From IMG/VR virus record IMGVR_UViG_3300025889_000609, positions 1 through 30,702 of that record: a DNA stretch of 30,702 nucleotides; one strand, written 5' to 3'. The notes under the pieces were generated by a model, which was not told the origin of the DNA, made no database searches, and was given only the letters and a program-made list of their open reading frames with translations. The translations under genes and the position numbers were made by a program. This document shows positions 8,486 through 17,430 of the stretch, piece after piece; within the stretch, counting starts at the first letter, position 1, and every line of letters begins with the position of its first letter. This DNA is from a virus (taxonomy: Duplodnaviria; Caudoviricetes).

Positions 8486-9539
8486 AAAAGAAGTGAGTTT
8501 TCTCAAAGAAATGGATCCAAGAGTTCTGGATCAATGGTATCTGTGGGCAAAAATAAGATTGGATAAGCCCAAGAAACTGGCCAATCTACCACATCTTATC
8601 AAGTTTCATGAATCCCTAAAGAAAATATCACAAAAACAGAAAGTATATTTCTTGTTTGCCGACCTTATTAAAGCAAAATTCCTCAATAATACTTTGATGT
8701 ATAGGGGAGGCAGTCCTAATTATACACACTTCAAAATAACACCTGGTGGTGAATATATTCTATACAATCCAAAGTATCATCTATGGAGAAATCAGGATAT
8801 AGATCATGATATCATGAAGAAATATTCATCATTCAAGAACAATCGATATGCACAGCCAGATAAAACAATAGAACTGCCGGAACACTACAATCTATTTGCA
8901 CTACAACTAACCTCACGAAAGTTTGGTGCCTATGATCTGCCTCTAGGTAAAATGGAAATAGAAAAAGATGATCCTAGATATAGTCCAAACGGCACATTCT
9001 TTGGTGAATTGGGATTGAAAGGTATAGAATTGACGGAGGACGAAATTATGCCCAGAGATGAATGGGCAACTCGCGATGCTATTCGACATGCAAAAGAAAC
9101 TAAGACATACACAATATTTAAAGCACATCCGGTAGCATCTAGTCCAAATACAAAGACATGGGACAACTTCATCAAAGAAGGCATTCTAAACGAATACTGC
9201 ATCTTTGTTGATGGACATGAATGTAACGTGGATTATCTAATAGAAAATGCCGATCTTGTCTATAGTTCGGATAGCGCAGTTTCATTTACAGCAATGCTAA
9301 AAGGTAAACCGACAGCGACATACTATAACACAGACATGTCAGAAATTATACCAACCATCACAACTTCTGATGATTTGGTTAATATCAAAGCAATTCCGGA
9401 AGAAGATGTAAAGAGATTTCTTTCATGGTACTATCATAAACTATGTATTGATATTGAGCAAGATGATTATGAGGATAAGATAGAAAAAATGGTCATTCGA
9501 TTTAAGAATGGCGAAAGAACAAAGGAACTATTTTCTTGA
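8478..9539 (+). CDS. KpsS/KpsC-like (capsule polysaccharide synthesis, GT-B) glycosyltransferase, paralogue 1
   Basis: LFALQ, IFKAHP and YLIENADLVYSSDSAVSFTAMLKGKPTATY match the Capsule_synth-like C-terminal Rossmann domain. Start is ATG 8478 or 8511. Confidence 0.65.
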   Translation: MIKKEVSFLKEMDPRVLDQWYLWAKIRLDKPKKLANLPHLIKFHESLKKISQKQKVYFLFADLIKAKFLNNTLMYRGGSPNYTHFKITPGGEYILYNPKYHLWRNQDIDHDIMKKYSSFKNNRYAQPDKTIELPEHYNLFALQLTSRKFGAYDLPLGKMEIEKDDPRYSPNGTFFGELGLKGIELTEDEIMPRDEWATRDAIRHAKETKTYTIFKAHPVASSPNTKTWDNFIKEGILNEYCIFVDGHECNVDYLIENADLVYSSDSAVSFTAMLKGKPTATYYNTDMSEIIPTITTSDDLVNIKAIPEEDVKRFLSWYYHKLCIDIEQDDYEDKIEKMVIRFKNGERTKELFS

Positions 9540-10582
9540 TTAATGCAGTAATTCCTTCGCTAGATGATAATCTTGCGAGAATCTATAAGTCTATAAACAG
9601 GGATCGTGGACCACTTAAACAAGCAAAAATTAACAACATAAAACATGTCGATCACTTCCATAATCTTCTAAAACCGATACTCGAAAAGCATCCTGTCGAT
9701 ATACTTCTAGCAGATCATCATAAAGAGAAATATCTACCTGATGTTCTATTCTATAGAGGCGGAAGTCCGATATATTCGTTATTTGTGATATCACCCGGAG
9801 GTGAATATATCAATTACAATCCTTTTTATCATCTATGGAAGAATCAGAAGATTGATGATGATATTCTTGAGAAGTTGTCCAAATATGATTATAATAGATA
9901 TACACAGCCGGATAATGTAGATAAATTACCAGAAGAATATGATCTATTTCCATTGGGTCTCTCTAATCATATCTTTGGATTTAATGATCATCCGTCGCAG
10001 ATAAAAATATCTACGGATGACCCACGATATTGCTGTAACAAACAAATGTCTCTTCTAGGACAAGGATCGATCAAAGCGAGTTGGAGAAAGAATGTTCAGC
10101 CTAGGGATGAATGGGCCACACTTGATGCCATGAAATATGCTACCGAGAATAAGAAATTGACACTATTCAAAAATCCACATGCCCAAGGAGATAGAGTTAG
10201 GAATTGGAATGATTTGGAAAGAGACGGTTTTGTGAGTCGATATACGAGGTACGTTGAAGGAAATATTGATAAAATGATTGATGGTGCTAATAGAGTATAT
10301 AGTTCGGATAGTATGGCAACTTTTCAGGCAATGCTAAAAGGAAAACCTACAGCATCATATTATAATCTAATGATTTCAGAAGTTACTCCAGTCATAACTA
10401 CTGCAAAAGATATGGAAAATGTCAGACCAGTTCCTCATAAAGATATGCTGCGATTTCTTTCGTGGTTCTATCATAAACTATCGATTGATATATATACTAA
10501 TGATGCTCAGGATAAATTGGAAGAATTGATTGTTCAATTCAAGAAAGGTAAAAGAACAAAGGAATTATTTAATGGATCCTAA
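9536..10582 (+). CDS. KpsS/KpsC-like glycosyltransferase, paralogue 2
   Basis: Collinear with paralogue 1 (YRGGSP, PGGEYI.YNP.YHLW, PRDEWAT.DA, ANRVYSSDSMATFQAMLKGKPTA, FLSWFYHKL, RTKELF). TTG start overlaps the upstream TGA. Confidence 0.62.
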   Translation: MINAVIPSLDDNLARIYKSINRDRGPLKQAKINNIKHVDHFHNLLKPILEKHPVDILLADHHKEKYLPDVLFYRGGSPIYSLFVISPGGEYINYNPFYHLWKNQKIDDDILEKLSKYDYNRYTQPDNVDKLPEEYDLFPLGLSNHIFGFNDHPSQIKISTDDPRYCCNKQMSLLGQGSIKASWRKNVQPRDEWATLDAMKYATENKKLTLFKNPHAQGDRVRNWNDLERDGFVSRYTRYVEGNIDKMIDGANRVYSSDSMATFQAMLKGKPTASYYNLMISEVTPVITTAKDMENVRPVPHKDMLRFLSWFYHKLSIDIYTNDAQDKLEELIVQFKKGKRTKELFNGS

Positions 10583-11504
10583 AATTCTTGATGATTATTT
10601 AAATCAACTGAAAATGAAAATTATTAAAAATGGTGGAATATTCCAACAAAAAAAATTAGATAATCTAAAACATCTTCAATATTTCCATAACATGATAAAG
10701 GATTATGATGTAAATGCTATATTAGCAGCAAGTGTGAAAAACACATTATTGGCCGATGATAATATCACATATGACAACACTCTATTTTATGAGCCTGGTA
10801 CACCAAATATTCAACTATTCAAGTTTAGTCCTGGTGGGGATTATATCTTTAAGAATCCTCGATATCATCTATGGAAAGAGTGTGATATTGATTATGACAT
10901 CCTAAAAAAGTTCGATAAATTGCCTAATAATAGATACACGCAAACTCAAAGAACTATACCTGTACCGGATAGTTATGATCTTTTTCCACTCGCTCTTTCA
11001 GCAAAAAAGAAGAATGAGTTTGGTATACCTAAAGATGAAGTAGTAACTCGCGATGCTATCAGATATGCAACCGAGAAAAAAAGATATACGATATTCAAAG
11101 AATCCCATCTAGCAGTCAAGGGCAAAACATGGCATGACTTTGTAAAAGAAGGTATAACCAGCAAATATACAATATATGCCGAAGATTGTAACGGAGATTA
11201 TCTGATAGATAATGCAGATAGAGTCTATAGTTCGGAAAGTGCTATGTGTTTTCAGGCAATGCTCAAAGGTAAGATTGTAGCAACATATCATGACACGGAT
11301 TCATCAGAAGTGATGCCAATTATCAAAACCGCATCAGAAATTGATGATATTGAACCTTTGCCTATAGGTAAACTATATCGTTATTTGTCGTGGTACTATC
11401 ATAAACTATGTATAAATATATATGATGAGAATGCTGAGGAACGAATAAATGATCGTATATCTCGGTTTATAAATGGTGAAAGAACAAAGGAATTATTCAA
11501 ATGA
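10572..11504 (+). CDS. KpsS/KpsC-like glycosyltransferase, paralogue 3
   Basis: Same motifs (PGGDYI..NPRYHLW, ADRVYSSESAMCFQAMLKGK, LSWYYHKL, RTKELF). The likely start is ATG 10572 (MDPKILD, cf. MDPRVLD in paralogue 1). Confidence 0.62.
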   Translation: MDPKILDDYLNQLKMKIIKNGGIFQQKKLDNLKHLQYFHNMIKDYDVNAILAASVKNTLLADDNITYDNTLFYEPGTPNIQLFKFSPGGDYIFKNPRYHLWKECDIDYDILKKFDKLPNNRYTQTQRTIPVPDSYDLFPLALSAKKKNEFGIPKDEVVTRDAIRYATEKKRYTIFKESHLAVKGKTWHDFVKEGITSKYTIYAEDCNGDYLIDNADRVYSSESAMCFQAMLKGKIVATYHDTDSSEVMPIIKTASEIDDIEPLPIGKLYRYLSWYYHKLCINIYDENAEERINDRISRFINGERTKELFK

Positions 11505-12139
11505 ACATAAATATGATTCCATGGCCACATCTAGAAATTGATGATTTCTATAATCCCACTCTATTCTCAGAAATGCGAAAAGAGGTGGCTTTACACTGTA
11601 AACAATTGCCCCTTAAAGACCCTAAATTTCGAACAAAAATGACATCGAAAGCAAAAGGTATACCTGGTAAAAAAAGATTGAACGGACAAGGATTTAAATA
11701 TGAAGTCAATATTTCGAATTCAGAAGAAGATGCGTTTCCAGCAGTAAAGAAGTGTCTTGCGGAGAGACCTATTGATGAAAGTTGGATTAAGATGTTTCCA
11801 GCTTATCGGGAATACGGAGAACTTGTATTGCTATCGGAACTAAATATTCTCATGGATGAATTAAACTATCCTATTCATGATGAAAATCCTAGTAAGATTT
11901 TATCAGTGGTAACATATCTAATACCAGAAACTGGTCGAGGTACAGTTCTCTACGATAAAGATCAAAACTATGTGAAGGAATTGGAATGGAAACCTAATCG
12001 CACATTCATCTTTCCGGCTATTACTGGTGTGACATGGCATAGTTATAATTCACCAAAGGGCACATATAGAATTACACTAAATCAGTTTCTTATCGATAAA
12101 GAAAAGAATACTGTATTTATGGCAAACAAAGGAAAATAA
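11501..12139 (+). CDS. 2OG-Fe(II) oxygenase superfamily protein
   Basis: PWPHLEIDDF start, YPIHDE..KILSVVTYL, GTVLY, WKPNRTFIF, TWHSY and RITLN give the His/acid...His...Arg pattern. Confidence 0.75.
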   Translation: MNINMIPWPHLEIDDFYNPTLFSEMRKEVALHCKQLPLKDPKFRTKMTSKAKGIPGKKRLNGQGFKYEVNISNSEEDAFPAVKKCLAERPIDESWIKMFPAYREYGELVLLSELNILMDELNYPIHDENPSKILSVVTYLIPETGRGTVLYDKDQNYVKELEWKPNRTFIFPAITGVTWHSYNSPKGTYRITLNQFLIDKEKNTVFMANKGK

Positions 12140-13045
12140 ATGATACGTCTAAAAAGATTGAATTTTACCCTGATTCATTCATCTATGGGTGTTCTCGTTA
12201 ATAATATAGAAACATTTTTAATATTCAATGCAGTAAGATCAGAGGATATTGTTTATCCAATATATCTTTCTCATAGAATAGGATCTCAACGTGCCGAATA
12301 TAATTCGAAAATTATGAACAAGATCACAAATAATCAAACAGCCAATAATATTCGGAATTTCATATATGGTGGTAAGAAAGATAATGTGACGAATGGTCAA
12401 AAACAGACTATTCTAAGTCAATTAACTTCCAATCCGAAATACTCGACACAAGAAGAAGTTAATGCTGCATTCGATGAAATGGTAGGCAGCAAATATACAC
12501 AAAATTTTCCAGAAACATATCTTACTGGTGAAGATGGTTCTGGCATATTCTCAGCACAAAGATTGATCGATGAAGGTATATCCGATGCTGGAGATAGATT
12601 TGTTTCGGTCATAATGAATCCTCTTGAAAGATTTATTATCATTTTTATGAACGAGAATAATTGGGGCAAAACCGGTGAGACAGTCAATAGAACTGCCTTC
12701 AGGAACTGGATTAGTAGTGGTGAACACCAAAATCTCTCACCACAAAAATCAGGAAAACAATACAATCTTCTTGACTACAACGGAACTACTGGTGAATGGT
12801 GGTGTGCCGATCATATAAAAGATCATTTGAAACAGGATTTCATAGAATATTATGATATATCAACAACAGACATGGTATCATGGGAAACTATTATGAAGCA
12901 TAATAGAAAAAAGATTCTCTTTGCATCGGAAAATTTGGATTATCATAATCTATCCACCCAAAATGCATTACAGGCACAATATCCCGAAGACTTCGATCTC
13001 TATGATTCGATAAAAACTGCCACAGACACTAGATTTGGTACATAA
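12140..13045 (+). CDS. Degenerate sulfotransferase-fold protein
   Basis: Retains FVSVIMNPLERF and C-terminal YPEDFDLYD like its neighbours, but lacks the 5'-PSB PK(T/N)A motif. Confidence 0.5.
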   Translation: MIRLKRLNFTLIHSSMGVLVNNIETFLIFNAVRSEDIVYPIYLSHRIGSQRAEYNSKIMNKITNNQTANNIRNFIYGGKKDNVTNGQKQTILSQLTSNPKYSTQEEVNAAFDEMVGSKYTQNFPETYLTGEDGSGIFSAQRLIDEGISDAGDRFVSVIMNPLERFIIIFMNENNWGKTGETVNRTAFRNWISSGEHQNLSPQKSGKQYNLLDYNGTTGEWWCADHIKDHLKQDFIEYYDISTTDMVSWETIMKHNRKKILFASENLDYHNLSTQNALQAQYPEDFDLYDSIKTATDTRFGT

Positions 13046-13752
13046 TGATTTATATAAAAAGTTTGGGTATACCGATAGTCTTCATTGGTGTACCAAAAAC
13101 GGCGAGTGAGGCAACCGCCAAATTCTTTATTGATAATGTTCTAGTATCAGGTGATATGGCATCGCGACTCCTTGAGAGGGATATAAACAAAGTCAAGAAT
13201 GATCAAATCGATTATGCCAAAGATTTTCCTTTTGATGGTAAAAATCCAAATTGCCATACTTCTGCATCCGAAGCAATAGAATCTGGTATAGTTGATCCTA
13301 AATCCGAATTTATTGGAGTAATTCGTGATCCCATCGAAAAGCAACTCAGCCTATATCTATCTAAAACGAGAAAGATGAATAGAACTTCTCCATTAAAACA
13401 ACCAAGAGATCCACTTTTCAAATTAGGAATTCAAGATTTCCGTGATAGGGTAAAAAATAATTCATGGGAAGGTGTGACCGAATATCAACTCCGATCACAA
13501 AAATCATTCCTTGAGGGGGCCAAGTGGAAAATTTGGTGGTGTTATGATCATCTAGAAGACCGTCTAAATGATTTTCTAGATAAGTATCAAATAGAACTTA
13601 AAGTTCCTTTCGAGAAATTGAATAGAAGCGTTGAAAACAGTTCGGCCAAAGATTTCATAGACAAGTTCTATGATGAAGAAACCTTAAGCATAGTTCGGGC
13701 GCGACATAAGGAAGATATTGAACTTTATGAAAGGGTGAAATATGGAACTTAA
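13045..13752 (+). CDS. Sulfotransferase (Sulfotransfer_2-like)
   Basis: 5'-PSB motif FIGVPKTASEA, 3'-PB motif VIRDPIEKQLSLY, and C-terminal YDEETLSIV...EDIELY. Confidence 0.75.
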   Translation: MIYIKSLGIPIVFIGVPKTASEATAKFFIDNVLVSGDMASRLLERDINKVKNDQIDYAKDFPFDGKNPNCHTSASEAIESGIVDPKSEFIGVIRDPIEKQLSLYLSKTRKMNRTSPLKQPRDPLFKLGIQDFRDRVKNNSWEGVTEYQLRSQKSFLEGAKWKIWWCYDHLEDRLNDFLDKYQIELKVPFEKLNRSVENSSAKDFIDKFYDEETLSIVRARHKEDIELYERVKYGT

Positions 13753-14416
13753 TGGTATAATATTTCCTGATGAAGTTGATGGTATTGTTACTAAGAACAG
13801 TGTTGATAAAGATTATGAAAATGGATTTTCTAAAGCAATTTCCAAATATGTTCTGCAAGATGACATTGTACTTGAATTGGGAACAGGATTAGGATTTACT
13901 TCTGCGCTTGCAGCCAAGAAAGCGAAGCATGTCGTTACCCTTGATCCGAATCCCCTTTCAGTAAACTACATAAAGAAATTATATGAGATAAATCATATAG
14001 AAAACATTTCCTTCATTAATAAAGCGGTTTCAGCATTCCCGACAGAAGAACAAATTACTTTTTGGGTTCATTCAGAAGGACCAAATTGCAAATCTTTCGG
14101 GACTGCTTCATCCCTTATCCAAGGAAGAAAGTCTTATGATAAACACATTCTTGTCGATGCTATTTGTATAGATAATCTCTTAGAAAAATACAAACCAACT
14201 GTTATGATAGTGGATGTTGAGCGTTATGAGTATGAACTATGTAAAAATCCTGGTTGGACTAAAGGAGTCCAAGTAGTAATGGTAGAAATGCATGAAATTA
14301 AAGGATTGAATAAAGAGGTCACGCATATCAACCAAGCAAAACTTAAATTCAATTTAAAATCTAATGGGTTTAGATTGAGTAATAGCAGATCGAAACTCAT
14401 AGGCACAAAGAGATGA
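13742..14416 (+). CDS. FkbM-family class I SAM-dependent methyltransferase
   Basis: VLELGTGLGFTS motif I, LDPNP, FINKAVS, VMIVDVERYE and VEMH. Confidence 0.8.
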   Translation: MELNGIIFPDEVDGIVTKNSVDKDYENGFSKAISKYVLQDDIVLELGTGLGFTSALAAKKAKHVVTLDPNPLSVNYIKKLYEINHIENISFINKAVSAFPTEEQITFWVHSEGPNCKSFGTASSLIQGRKSYDKHILVDAICIDNLLEKYKPTVMIVDVERYEYELCKNPGWTKGVQVVMVEMHEIKGLNKEVTHINQAKLKFNLKSNGFRLSNSRSKLIGTKR

Positions 14417-15024
14417 TATATATAAAACGGCACAATATTTGTTTTATAACTACAAGCAAAAATGCGAGCATATCAATAAAAAAATTCTTTAGGGATAATG
14501 TTGTTCAGCCTGATGATGTGGTCAATAAAATAAATCGGATAATAATTGCTATAGAAAATGGTGTGCCCAAAGATGCTAAATTTTTTGGTATTATAAGAAA
14601 TCCTTATGAACGATTTCTCAGTTCATATTTCTACATATCCCGAAAATATCCAGAACTAGGATTTACTGGTACGTGCGCGGATTTTGAAAATCAACTGAAA
14701 ATGTCAATATATAATTGCAATGGAAATGGAAATCTCCATAAGAACGGCCAAAGTAAAATGTTTGATTGTAAAGAAGACATCGAAAAAGAGATATGGTGTT
14801 TTGATTTCCTAAAAGATCATATCAATTCTTTCATCAATGAATATAAAATTGAGATTGTTTTTCCTCTAGAACATAGAAATAAAACATCTTTAAGCACAAA
14901 GAATTTGATAGATACATATTATAATGAGGAAACTAAAAATATGGTCTATGAAAGATATCAAAGAGATTTTGAACTATATGATGAGGTAAAAGAAAAATGG
15001 TCCCGGATTTACAACGCGCAGTAA
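14413..15024 (+). CDS. Sulfotransferase (Sulfotransfer_2-like)
   Basis: FITTSKNASISI, IIRNPYERFLSSYFY and YYNEETKNMVYERYQRDFELY. Confidence 0.75.
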   Translation: MIYIKRHNICFITTSKNASISIKKFFRDNVVQPDDVVNKINRIIIAIENGVPKDAKFFGIIRNPYERFLSSYFYISRKYPELGFTGTCADFENQLKMSIYNCNGNGNLHKNGQSKMFDCKEDIEKEIWCFDFLKDHINSFINEYKIEIVFPLEHRNKTSLSTKNLIDTYYNEETKNMVYERYQRDFELYDEVKEKWSRIYNAQ

Positions 15025-15950
15025 TAGAAGTCTTTGGAGGATGTAACTATACTTGTGCCATGTGTCCTCAGACAAATCCCGGTAGAGGTAAAGAATGGAC
15101 TCGCAAGATGCCTCTACCTCTATTCGAGGAAATATTGGATCAACTTCCGGGTAAACCAATAGTCAATCTGGAAGGTTCTGGTGAGCCAACAATGGCAAAA
15201 GACCTACCGAAGTATATTCAGGCCTGCACAGATCGCGGACTGAAAAGTTATATCTACACAAATGGATTTAGACTCAAAGACCAATTCATGCGCGATTGTG
15301 TGAATGCAGGTCTTTCCTATGCCAGATTCTCCGTTATTGGATATGATCCCGTAACATACAAGAAATGGATGGATTCCGACAACTTTGATGCGGTCATGGA
15401 AAACATTGCGGCCATTCAAGCATATGGTGGTACTGAAATCAGCACATATCATCTCATTCTGGACGAACACGACATACCGGTCGAGATCCAAAAGTATCGG
15501 GAGAATGTGATTGATCGACATAACACAATCGGCTACATCTGGAAGATGCATAACTGGAGTGGTAACTATGAGCCGGGTTATGAGAGAAAGATTGATAAAA
15601 GACGATCATGTGGTCGGCCATTCTCACCGGAGATTGTGGTTCGGGCAGGTGGTAATGACGGCCATCGAGCCGCAGTAACACCATGCTGCCAGACACTCGG
15701 ACCACCAAACGAGTCCAAGAGCGTTCTGGGACATCTGGATCATCAATCTCTTGAAGAAGTCTGGAATGGTGAACTTTATGAAGACTTACGCAAAGCCCAT
15801 AGAGAAAAAGACTTTGATCGAATCGATTATTGCAAGGATTGTGATTTCCTCCTTCATGACGGAGATGCTCTTGTGTGGACGAATGATCCGAAAGCAGAAT
15901 TGGAACATATGCTAGGAACGTCATTTTCACTAAAGGAATATATACCATGA
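14997..15950 (+). CDS. Radical SAM protein with SPASM/twitch domain
   Basis: CNYTCAMC (CxxxCxxC), GSGEP, YTNG, and C-terminal C..PCC..LGHL..SLEEVWNG..CKDC. Confidence 0.9.
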   Translation: MVPDLQRAVIEVFGGCNYTCAMCPQTNPGRGKEWTRKMPLPLFEEILDQLPGKPIVNLEGSGEPTMAKDLPKYIQACTDRGLKSYIYTNGFRLKDQFMRDCVNAGLSYARFSVIGYDPVTYKKWMDSDNFDAVMENIAAIQAYGGTEISTYHLILDEHDIPVEIQKYRENVIDRHNTIGYIWKMHNWSGNYEPGYERKIDKRRSCGRPFSPEIVVRAGGNDGHRAAVTPCCQTLGPPNESKSVLGHLDHQSLEEVWNGELYEDLRKAHREKDFDRIDYCKDCDFLLHDGDALVWTNDPKAELEHMLGTSFSLKEYIP

Positions 15951-15962
15951 GTTGCCTGATCG

Positions 15963-15970
15963 TATAAATA
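15963..15970 (+). promoter_or_regulatory. T4-type late promoter TATAAATA
   Basis: Exact consensus, intergenic, upstream of the gp13 ATG at 16001. Confidence 0.8.
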
Positions 15971-16000
15971 GTATGAATCAATACAAGGTAACCCAAACAT

Positions 16001-16744
16001 ATGTCAGTTCCAGCTTCCAGAGCAAATCTAATCGATTGGTGCAAGAGACAACTCGGTCATCCTGTCATTGAAATTAATGTGGATGATGATCAGGTCGAAG
16101 ACCGGATTGATGAAGCATTCCAATATTTCCGAGATTTCCACTATGATGGTGTTGAAAGATGGTATACGGCCCATCAAATCACTTCAACGGATGTTACCAA
16201 CAAGTACCTTACAATTTCAGATAATATCATAGGCATTACTCGAATCTTTCCATTAGGTTCGACCAATGCATCAGTCAACATGTTCGATCTTCGATATCAA
16301 CTCCGGCTTCATGAACTATATGACTTCACCTCAACATCCTATGTCAGTTATGTCCTTACACAACAGCATATCCGAACACTCGATTTGCTATTCTCGGGTG
16401 AACAGCCCATTCGATATAATCGACATACCAATAAACTCTATATCGATTGGGATTGGGGTAGCGATATTCAGGTAGGTGAATATGTGATTTGTGAGGGATA
16501 TATCGTAATCGATCCCGACACATATACGGATGTCTATAATGATCGAATGCTAAAGTCTTTAGCCACAGCATATATCAAGAGACAATGGGGCAACAACCTC
16601 AAGAAATTTCAGGGTATGCAGTTACCTGGTGGTATCCAAATGAATGGTCAACAGATATTCGAGGAAGCACAAGCAGAAATAACTCAACTGGAAAAGGATA
16701 TTCGGGAACAATATGAAGAACCGCCTGGTTTTCTTGTGGGCTAG
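16001..16744 (+). CDS. gp13: Neck protein gp13
   Basis: LGHPVIEINVDDDQVEDRIDEA..FHYDG, KRQWGNNLKKFQGMQLPGGIQMNG, and its synteny. Confidence 0.93.
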   Translation: MSVPASRANLIDWCKRQLGHPVIEINVDDDQVEDRIDEAFQYFRDFHYDGVERWYTAHQITSTDVTNKYLTISDNIIGITRIFPLGSTNASVNMFDLRYQLRLHELYDFTSTSYVSYVLTQQHIRTLDLLFSGEQPIRYNRHTNKLYIDWDWGSDIQVGEYVICEGYIVIDPDTYTDVYNDRMLKSLATAYIKRQWGNNLKKFQGMQLPGGIQMNGQQIFEEAQAEITQLEKDIREQYEEPPGFLVG

Positions 16745-16779
16745 ATTCATGAAACAATTCTTATAAAGGTAAATGAAAT

Positions 16780-17430
16780 ATGCTAACATTCAAACAATTC
16801 ATGGTACAAGAAGGTTTTTGGGATAAGGCTAAAGCGGCTGTATCGAGTGCCGCTGGCGCTGCCGCTGGTGTAGTGAGATCATTACAAGGTAATACACCTC
16901 CAAGAACAGTTCCTCAATCCACAGAATCGAAACCCCAAAAAGTAGCAAATCCTATGAGTTATAATGATGCGTTAGCAGCCAAAAAACGAAGTTTGGCCAT
17001 TGATAGTAATATCAGGAATGTCACATCTCGGGCTACACCGAGTGGTTCTAACAAAGTTGATCCGGCAGCTTTACCATCCGCATTAGCGGCTGCAGCCAAG
17101 AGAAGGGGCGAAGAAATGAAAGCCAATGCTCTACCCGCTAAGAAAACTGCGGGTGATGAAGGTTTTAAAACAGCATCATTACAGAATGCGGCACATAAAA
17201 TCAAGTTACAAACAGCAAAAACGGCGGCTGATTTGGCTAAGAGAATGCCAGTGCCGAGACCTAATCCCATTGCTCCAAAAACAACATCCAGTGATTATAC
17301 TATTAAGAGTGGCGACACATTATCATCTTTAGCTAAAGCTCACGGCACTACAGTTGCGGATTTACAGAGAATTAATAATATTAAAAATCCTAATAAGATT
17401 CGGGCTGGCGCGCAATTGAGATTCAAATAA
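16780..17430 (+). CDS. LysM-domain protein with capsid-targeting-like N-terminus
   Basis: C-terminal YTIKSGDTLSSLAKAHGTTVADLQRINNIKNPNKIRAGAQL is a canonical LysM. N-terminus MLTFKQFMVQE; basic low-complexity middle. Confidence 0.85.
   Translation: MLTFKQFMVQEGFWDKAKAAVSSAAGAAAGVVRSLQGNTPPRTVPQSTESKPQKVANPMSYNDALAAKKRSLAIDSNIRNVTSRATPSGSNKVDPAALPSALAAAAKRRGEEMKANALPAKKTAGDEGFKTASLQNAAHKIKLQTAKTAADLAKRMPVPRPNPIAPKTTSSDYTIKSGDTLSSLAKAHGTTVADLQRINNIKNPNKIRAGAQLRFK

Noticed and set aside
10648-10655. A8 homopolymer as a phase-variation tract
   Set aside because: It is short, in frame, and expected in AT-rich Lys codons.
11411-11418. TATAAATA inside GT paralogue 3
   Set aside because: It is an exact late-promoter match about 80 nt before the oxygenase gene, but it is intragenic in very AT-rich sequence, so it is not called as a feature.
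16749-16766. Mini-ORF MKQFL* echoing the KQF leader of the LysM gene (aaacaattc occurs twice)
   Set aside because: Only a 9-nt match in AT-rich DNA. It could be an insertion scar but cannot be distinguished from chance.
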